DNA of 64,000 nucleotides from a virus: the IMG/VR virus record IMGVR_UViG_3300032296_002405, positions 4,219 to 68,218 of that record; one strand, given 5' to 3'. Positions within the stretch are counted from its first letter, which is position 1. Each line of letters starts with the position of its first letter. The notes under the pieces were generated by a model. The model ran no database searches, had not been told where the DNA came from, and saw only the letters and a list, made by a program, of their open reading frames with translations. Position numbers and translations under genes: made by a program. Below are positions 58,501 through 64,000 of the stretch, in pieces.

Positions 58501-61356
58501 GTATCTCAAAATCCAACTCCTATACCCGTTGGTGCTGCCGAGAATGTTTTAAGTCCTGCCGCTGGTGTTAAAGAGACTCGTTCAATAGCTGGTACAAACC
58601 ATAGGAATTTTACAGTATATGCCATAAGTAGGTTTACTGGTCCAATTTCAGATGATTTGTACCCATTATTGTTTCAAAATGAAAAAGCTGTTTTGGGAAT
58701 TACAAATTTTGCTACTACAATAAATGACAACAATACCCTTGGTAATGCAGATTATGGTTTTTACAGGGCTATATATTACCGTCCTATACCAAACAAATAT
58801 GGTGATCCTGCATCGACACAGTATACTGAGTTTCTTCCACCATTTGTAGTCGGAAGTCAAATAGCAACCATAACTTTTGACACATATGGTGATTGCTTCA
58901 CACAGAAGTCATATATGAAGCAGAGGTATCCGGCCAAGTGGGATTATGCTGCCGGCACACCAACTCCATCTTGGAATGCGGCTGGTACTTGGGGAGGATG
59001 GGGCGCGGCTCTTGGATTCTATGGTCAGAACAGAAGCAACATACAGCTTAGGTGTTTAATAGACAATAATTTCAATGATGACCTGCTTCCACCGAAAGAC
59101 ATAAATGCATATATTTTTTATGGATATACGGATAATGGGAATCCTACTGCTTTCAATATTTCAAGAAGATTATATGTAATACCAGATGGAAACGGTAGAG
59201 ATGCACAATCGTTTTACAACAATGGATATACGCCTACAAACAATGTCATCTCGAAGAACACATTCAATCCACTTTTGGAATACCAAACAGATTGGGGAAA
59301 TGCCATAGCTTGGAGCAATCCTGAGTCAGAAGGTTCCAACACGGATAACCTTCGGGTGTTTCCTCCATTGAACTTGAAGTTCCTTGACTATACACAGGGT
59401 TCCATTACGGAGGCAAAAGCGTTGAACGGAGAGCTTGTAACCATACAACCAAGGGAGGTTCAAAGGCAGTATTTCAACAGTACGGCGATGATATCGACAC
59501 AGAACGGTGGAGACGTATATCTTGGCTCCGGTGCTGTATTATCCAGAAGGGGTACTACCATGAACAAGTTTGGAAGCAAGCACAAGTGGTCGGTCATTGT
59601 CGGACTTTCGGATAAAGGTAGCGATGTGATGTATGGTATTGATGATATCAACAAGACCGTATGGCGTATCGGGTACGATGGAACGAATGCCTTGGAGGAG
59701 ATTCAAGGAATGAAGTCATTCTTTGCAAACAACCTTGAATGGATTCGTGGGAAATATACACCGGCGCATGATGAAGGAATAAGGGGTGTTGCAAACCAAA
59801 GATACCGTGAGGTGATATGGACTTTGAGGGGAAGGAAGGATTACCCTGAATGGCAATCGGAAGACAATTTCTGTTACCTGAAAAAATTCTATAGCAGTTA
59901 TGGAAACGAACTTGTTCCTTGTTACAACATAACAAGTTCCGCCTCAACTGAGCAGTGTTGGGAATCAAGGGCTGGAACATTTCCATACGCTATAAACACG
60001 GCTTGGACATTCACTGTGCTTCCCGGTCCAACACAGCCTTATGCTTTCATTAAGACCAATTTGGCAGACGAAGGGTATCTGTTGAACACATCGTCAATTC
60101 CCCTTGTTCCTGGAAACACATATGTCATCAATATAAGAGCCAATTCAAGTACAACAGGAATCGGAGTGGCGTTCCAGCTTGGTGGAACCATACAGTATAG
60201 CATAACATCCGCTGGAGACTATTATTTCAACTATACCGCCCAGCCAGGTGATAACAACATATGTCTTTACTGTCCTAAAGGAGCCAAGGCGTATGTAACA
60301 TATGCTTCCATAAGGGAATCATATCAGAATGATTTGGAATGGAACACATCAGGCGGATGGGTTCTTTCCAATAACGAAGCGTGTACGAATTCCGGTGGAA
60401 CAGCCGCGCAGCTTTTTGAAAGTGTTCCGGATTACATCACACCCAACATGCCATATACATTGAAATTTTTTGTGGATGGTTATGTTTCAGGTGATTTGCG
60501 TGTCAAGATAGGAAATGCCATAAGTCCTACGCTAAACATAACAGCGGATGGAGAATATACGGTCAGTTTGTCACCTACGGCTACCGGTGTGATTACTTTC
60601 ATACCGAACCCTACTTTTGATGGATGTATCAAGTCGAACATATCCTTGTGTACATCTGGTGTTTTGAAAGAGTACAATACGGGGGACATTGTCCAGACAA
60701 CAGGGTATGGAAGTGTGATGTCAACATGGTCACAAACTCCTGATATATGGATATGTCTGAAGGACAATGTAACAAGCAATCCGTATTCACCACCTGACCC
60801 AGACGATCCTGATTGGGAATTGATACCTCATACGAATCCTGCATATTATACCGAATATACGGTGGTGTATAACGAAATAAAGAACCGCTTCCAATCGTTT
60901 ATGACGATATTGCCAAGGATATACGCCCATTTCCAAAATGGATATTTGGTTCCAAGACCAATCAGCGATACCGGCGAAGTTTATGTGAGTGACTCAGGAA
61001 TACCGACTACATGGTTTAATGATGGAGTATCTGCCCATTCTGGTGATGCTTATTTCGATGCTACCATAAACAGTCCTGAAGGCAGGAAAAGATATCTTGC
61101 GGTCAGGGTAGAATCGGATGTGGCTCCAACGAGCATGACCGTCACAAGCGGTTCCGGATCAAGTACCACATTGGCGGCCGAGTTCGAGCAGAGAGAGGGT
61201 CAAGAGTTTGATGGATATGTGAAGGATACCACCACCGAGAGCATCATCATGGGCGACTTCGGTATATTCAGATTCACCATTGGTGCTGGTACTTACAACA
61301 AGATAAATTCATTCATTGCATCGGTCCGTGACAGGGCTAGGAAATGGTTTAGATGA
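55537..61356 (+). CDS. Tail muzzle/nozzle (stabilization) protein with inserted FCCH-like and carbohydrate-binding-like domains
   Basis: 1939 aa; GGLNSDIDP, YYTDNFNLPR, ETYRYGF, YGDCF, GSKHKWSV, GMKSFF, TVVYNE motifs of crAss-like muzzle/P22 gp10-like proteins. Confidence 0.75.
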   Translation: MAQPQINKTKWSPQQGGLNSDIDPKNIGNGDLLVNGVNTGGMNIRSVGRGANVSPDYEPMYGNEYVYKPDALTVQNKKFRIYVDTSDQPVLVGQPDIVLNGDFSAGSTDWTLGTNWSIVGLAAAHAPGVASSLSQTQTGIVPGMYGVTFTISGVTAGSITIPSDQFSGTAYSTNGTFYAPYAVYVDTLGNFNLVFDASSSFDGSIDNIIVTKTADIFVFTPSLTTPSGISLITQTVSYWPISSNVTDTLTAIEDWFANETSNGFPARLPVTSQVATGAYTGYVEVEFTDFPNFDYFFSIEYDEILSSFKFGDKIQVIISQEAIDPGCLGEWNLIGSDDKPTDSFQFWTTRRTLPSELEIWNISNSLGVVRITTLNPHGLVNNQAVRISNVVGVPEAIGIWTVTVIDAYNFDLNNSAFIGPTYVSGGLVGINIYGVGEIGVAVQDDQGVISYTRLLRSKEFNFSTLKQIDCRAKRKQDTQKFSVYYTDNFNLPRVFYYKGAYITDGGLTIVDSNNIYQYGNIDLESKWIINNEKFRIEVISQTTGGGAVKSGLWRYSARLLTSDFSATNWSQLTEGIPVFANDNNYVGLIGSLPDVVCNKVNQLKLTNEVSGIFTYVEIAALNYFNTAAPSGFIIGRYVLDGNLEQFFSHNGYENNVLDLDVGSLNDFSQSFYLAQNVELLDGRAILSNLTPNQTYDFREWVSTFEYSLNYRELISVGSWGLNQLSVGEYQVPMNVYSYKSHMMMETYRYGFMFKLKSGALTPVFYPGYDIKIDLPATLPLERRPGTFVNFDLTRGGSGPTPARALSIYITWENIDLAFLIDGTPAYELIDEIIPCRATVVPEVLAHGMLALGVSGQAGNIDNQPALTNSDFIRPDEATISTTIPDGIIPYPFAFGGGGDGWNPRKIDLTNDIYPGTVNDVSFGSQRTAYYFYSPEIYFNLTEFGFQTGDELYVFGSPLRYGGYSFREGGGGTNGEYLSYYFDWDGETGVSQNPTPIPVGAAENVLSPAAGVKETRSIAGTNHRNFTVYAISRFTGPISDDLYPLLFQNEKAVLGITNFATTINDNNTLGNADYGFYRAIYYRPIPNKYGDPASTQYTEFLPPFVVGSQIATITFDTYGDCFTQKSYMKQRYPAKWDYAAGTPTPSWNAAGTWGGWGAALGFYGQNRSNIQLRCLIDNNFNDDLLPPKDINAYIFYGYTDNGNPTAFNISRRLYVIPDGNGRDAQSFYNNGYTPTNNVISKNTFNPLLEYQTDWGNAIAWSNPESEGSNTDNLRVFPPLNLKFLDYTQGSITEAKALNGELVTIQPREVQRQYFNSTAMISTQNGGDVYLGSGAVLSRRGTTMNKFGSKHKWSVIVGLSDKGSDVMYGIDDINKTVWRIGYDGTNALEEIQGMKSFFANNLEWIRGKYTPAHDEGIRGVANQRYREVIWTLRGRKDYPEWQSEDNFCYLKKFYSSYGNELVPCYNITSSASTEQCWESRAGTFPYAINTAWTFTVLPGPTQPYAFIKTNLADEGYLLNTSSIPLVPGNTYVINIRANSSTTGIGVAFQLGGTIQYSITSAGDYYFNYTAQPGDNNICLYCPKGAKAYVTYASIRESYQNDLEWNTSGGWVLSNNEACTNSGGTAAQLFESVPDYITPNMPYTLKFFVDGYVSGDLRVKIGNAISPTLNITADGEYTVSLSPTATGVITFIPNPTFDGCIKSNISLCTSGVLKEYNTGDIVQTTGYGSVMSTWSQTPDIWICLKDNVTSNPYSPPDPDDPDWELIPHTNPAYYTEYTVVYNEIKNRFQSFMTILPRIYAHFQNGYLVPRPISDTGEVYVSDSGIPTTWFNDGVSAHSGDAYFDATINSPEGRKRYLAVRVESDVAPTSMTVTSGSGSSTTLAAEFEQREGQEFDGYVKDTTTESIIMGDFGIFRFTIGAGTYNKINSFIASVRDRARKWFR

Positions 61357-61682
61357 TGCTGCAATTCTCAGGTCCATATTATAGAAGCAAACAGCCTGAA
61401 ACAACGGTTCAGTTCCAGCACCTTTGGAGGGTCATGGATGACATACAGGCTTTGGGTTTGCAAGGTGCAAACAATTATAATTCCATAATATCATTACTTA
61501 GTGGATATGTACAATCCGTATCAGGACCCATCGTAGATAACTTTGATCCACAGAATCCAGTATTGAATGTGGCTGTTGACGGGGTTACCATAACAGGTGA
61601 TGGGTCTGTTGGTAATCCCTTGGTTGCTGCCACCGGTGGTGGTGTAGATGTTTTAAATCCGTTCTTATTAATGGGAGCTTGA
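61353..61682 (+). CDS. Small tail/fibre-base protein
   Basis: VDGVTITGDGSVGNPL motif, FLLMGA end. Confidence 0.6.
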   Translation: MMLQFSGPYYRSKQPETTVQFQHLWRVMDDIQALGLQGANNYNSIISLLSGYVQSVSGPIVDNFDPQNPVLNVAVDGVTITGDGSVGNPLVAATGGGVDVLNPFLLMGA

Positions 61683-61683
61683 T

Positions 61684-62013
61684 ATGCCTGTAGCTTATAA
61701 AATCCTTGGACAATTGGCTCCTCCGGCCACAACGGAGCAGGACTTGTATACTGTTCCTGCATCAACGGAGGCGGTCGCAAGTAGCGTAACCATAACAAAC
61801 CGAGGCGCTACGGTTGCCACATTTAGGGTTGCCGTAGTACAGGCAGGTGGTGTAACGGCAAATACGGATTATTTGTATTATGACCTACCCATAGCCGGTT
61901 ATGATACATTCATTGCTACAATTGGTGTAACTTTGGAAGCTACGGATGTGATAAGAGCCTATGCTTCATCGGCAAATTTAACATTCCAACTTTTTGGATC
62001 AGAAATAACATAA
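61684..62013 (+). CDS. Small structural protein
   Basis: YKILGQ...DLYTVPA...FGSEI conserved virion pattern. Confidence 0.7.
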   Translation: MPVAYKILGQLAPPATTEQDLYTVPASTEAVASSVTITNRGATVATFRVAVVQAGGVTANTDYLYYDLPIAGYDTFIATIGVTLEATDVIRAYASSANLTFQLFGSEIT

Positions 62014-63260
62014 TGCAAGGATACGCAGGATATAACATAATGGATAGCGCTGTTACCATTAAGGACAGCGCCAATCTTGATGCGTTCAGCAGGCTGAGGA
62101 TAAGCAACCCTTTGATTCTGTTCAATGCTCAAATGACATACGACCTTGTTCCTATTTTATTTGAGCAGATAGTGTCTGGTTCTGGAGCAACCATTACGCA
62201 TGATACCACAAACAGGTGTGCGCTAATGACATTTGCAGCAACGCCAACAGGAGGTTCAGCTTATATGCAATCCTTTGAGTATCTTCCATATCAGCCTGGT
62301 AGATCGCAACTGGTATTCGTCACATTCAACATGGTGGCTGCGGTTGCCAATACACTTAAGTTCGCAGGATATTCAGACGGCACAAACGGTATTGAGTTTC
62401 AAAACAACGGAACAGTAAATCAATTCGTAATATATTCGGCATCATCACTTGGCAATGAAACGGTAACACAAACCAACTGGAACCTTGACAGATTGGATGG
62501 AACAGGCCCTAGCGGTGTAACGCTTGACCTAAGTAAGACCCAGATACTTGTCATAGACATACAAGCGTTATATGTGGGTCGTGTAAGGGTAGGATTTGAC
62601 ATTGGAGGTGAAATCGTATATGCCCATGAGTTTTTGCACGCCAACCTTTCATTGTATCCATATATTCAATCAGCCAACCTTCCAGTTAGATGCGGTATGA
62701 CATGCTCCGGAACGGTTACAACAACGATGAATTTCATCTGTTCGGCTGTCATATCAGAGGGTGGATCTGAAGATATAAATGCCTTTGGATATACATTTGA
62801 AACAAATACAAACAGAGTGGTTGGTGTAGCAGGTACACAGCTTTTGACATTGAGGCCCAAAACAACATTTAACGGAATATCCAACAGAATGAGGGTTGCA
62901 TACATTGATGTTGAAATACTGAACCTTGGTAGCACCAACGAGAATATCAGATGGGACTTGTGTGTTGGTCAGGCAATAACCGGAGGGACATGGGCTGATG
63001 TTAATACAACCTACTCAGGTGTTGAAGTGAATACCGGAGCGACACTGTCAGGGTCACCTGCTGTAATCATAGACTCGGGATGGGTTACTGTGGGAGCTGG
63101 TCAAAAGGGTGAATCTAGCGCCACCATTGTTTCAAGGTATCCAATAACACTTGATGCCGCTGGTTTAAACAGAACCCTTGGAAGCATTACATTGAAAGCA
63201 ACGGCATTGAGTGGAACGCCTACCATATATGCAGGTATAACATTTAGGGAGATACGATGA
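62013..63260 (+). CDS. Tail-associated beta-sandwich protein
   Basis: DAFSRLRIS...YQPGR...WNLDRLDGTGPSG...GRVRVGF...ANLPVR. Confidence 0.7.
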   Translation: MQGYAGYNIMDSAVTIKDSANLDAFSRLRISNPLILFNAQMTYDLVPILFEQIVSGSGATITHDTTNRCALMTFAATPTGGSAYMQSFEYLPYQPGRSQLVFVTFNMVAAVANTLKFAGYSDGTNGIEFQNNGTVNQFVIYSASSLGNETVTQTNWNLDRLDGTGPSGVTLDLSKTQILVIDIQALYVGRVRVGFDIGGEIVYAHEFLHANLSLYPYIQSANLPVRCGMTCSGTVTTTMNFICSAVISEGGSEDINAFGYTFETNTNRVVGVAGTQLLTLRPKTTFNGISNRMRVAYIDVEILNLGSTNENIRWDLCVGQAITGGTWADVNTTYSGVEVNTGATLSGSPAVIIDSGWVTVGAGQKGESSATIVSRYPITLDAAGLNRTLGSITLKATALSGTPTIYAGITFREIR

Positions 63261-63967
63261 GTCAGTCATATACAAGAGGAGTACCCATTGATCCAGATCC
63301 TACGCTGTCAAACAACAGCGATCTTTTGGTTGCATCACAGCAAGCGACCAAGACTTATGTGGACAATGGACTTCTAACCAAGCAAAATGTACTTGGTTAT
63401 ACTCCTGTTGACAAGGGTGGGGACACCATGATTGGTAACCTGATCCTGAACGCAGATCCAACTTTGAATCTACAAGCGGCAACAAAGCAGTATGTGGATA
63501 ATCTTGTAAACGGCGTTGATTGGAAAGAGGCCGCACATACTGGAACCGTTGCTGCATTACCTGCCTACACCGTATCGGGTGGTGGACAAGTATTGACAGG
63601 TGTTGCCAATGGTGCTATACCTACGGCCACTACTGATGGACATACGATATTGATAAACGAGAGGCTTCTTGTTAAAGACGAAATCGGAGCTAATGCTCCA
63701 AACAATGGAATATATGTGCTAACACAGGTTGGTAGTATCACGCAGCCATTCATATTGACAAGGTCTGCTGATGCCAATACCCCTGCGTTCCTTGCAGAAG
63801 CAACAATCAGTGTAATCAACGGAACTACCTTAGCAAATACAATTTGGCACTTGACTCCGGCCGCAGTTCCTATTGTAATCGGCACTACAAATCTTACATG
63901 GGTTCAGTTAAGTACTGGCCCATCTTTGACAATAAACCAGGTAATGGCACACATAGCAGCATACTAA
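63257..63967 (+). CDS. Tail fibre protein
   Basis: LGYTPVDKGGDTMIGNL, AATKQYVD, RLLVKDE...NGIY...LTRSADA. Confidence 0.75.
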   Translation: MSQSYTRGVPIDPDPTLSNNSDLLVASQQATKTYVDNGLLTKQNVLGYTPVDKGGDTMIGNLILNADPTLNLQAATKQYVDNLVNGVDWKEAAHTGTVAALPAYTVSGGGQVLTGVANGAIPTATTDGHTILINERLLVKDEIGANAPNNGIYVLTQVGSITQPFILTRSADANTPAFLAEATISVINGTTLANTIWHLTPAAVPIVIGTTNLTWVQLSTGPSLTINQVMAHIAAY

Positions 63968-63968
63968 T

Positions 63969-64000
63969 ATGTATTTAAGCTCAACAGATAAATTAGAGAT
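63969..64000 (+). CDS. Start of next structural gene (truncated)
   Basis: ATG 1 nt after stop, open to window end. Confidence 0.45.
   Translation, partial: MYLSSTDKLE

Noticed and set aside
1-64000. Stop-codon reassignment as in some crAss-like phages
   Set aside because: TAA, TGA and TAG all end genes at coupled junctions and long genes are intact in code 11.

Overview
About 64 kb of a tailed dsDNA phage genome, standard genetic code. A Bacteroidota host is inferred from many TAnnTTTG promoter boxes, a DUF3127-type SSB and lipoproteins. Layout: 1-11.3 kb is the 5'-truncated gene for a giant (>3700 aa) modular polyvalent/ejection-type protein; 11.3-16.8 kb holds virion-decoration and membrane/lysis genes; 17-25 kb holds DNA metabolism and accessory genes (PAPS-reductase family, HTH switch, YqaJ exonuclease, tRNA-like element, GIY-YIG, metallophosphoesterase, GT2, serine recombinase); 25-30.2 kb is a leftward cassette of small early-type genes; 30.2-30.9 kb is a ~650 nt hairpin-dense ORF-free region that looks like a large structured ncRNA; 31.5-32.0 kb is an iteron-rich probable origin where strand skew flips; then primase/VirE helicase, HNH, VRR-NUC and SSB; 39.7-64 kb is a crAss-like podovirus morphogenesis module (terminase, portal, basic proteins, endolysin, scaffold, major capsid, ring proteins, muzzle/nozzle, fibres). 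Best leads: the large ncRNA candidate, a repeated covarying H-type pseudoknot just before early start codons, Q-x-S-L module delimiters in the giant protein, and coexisting leaderless and strong-SD translation signals. All product calls come from motif recognition by eye; no database search or folding program was run.
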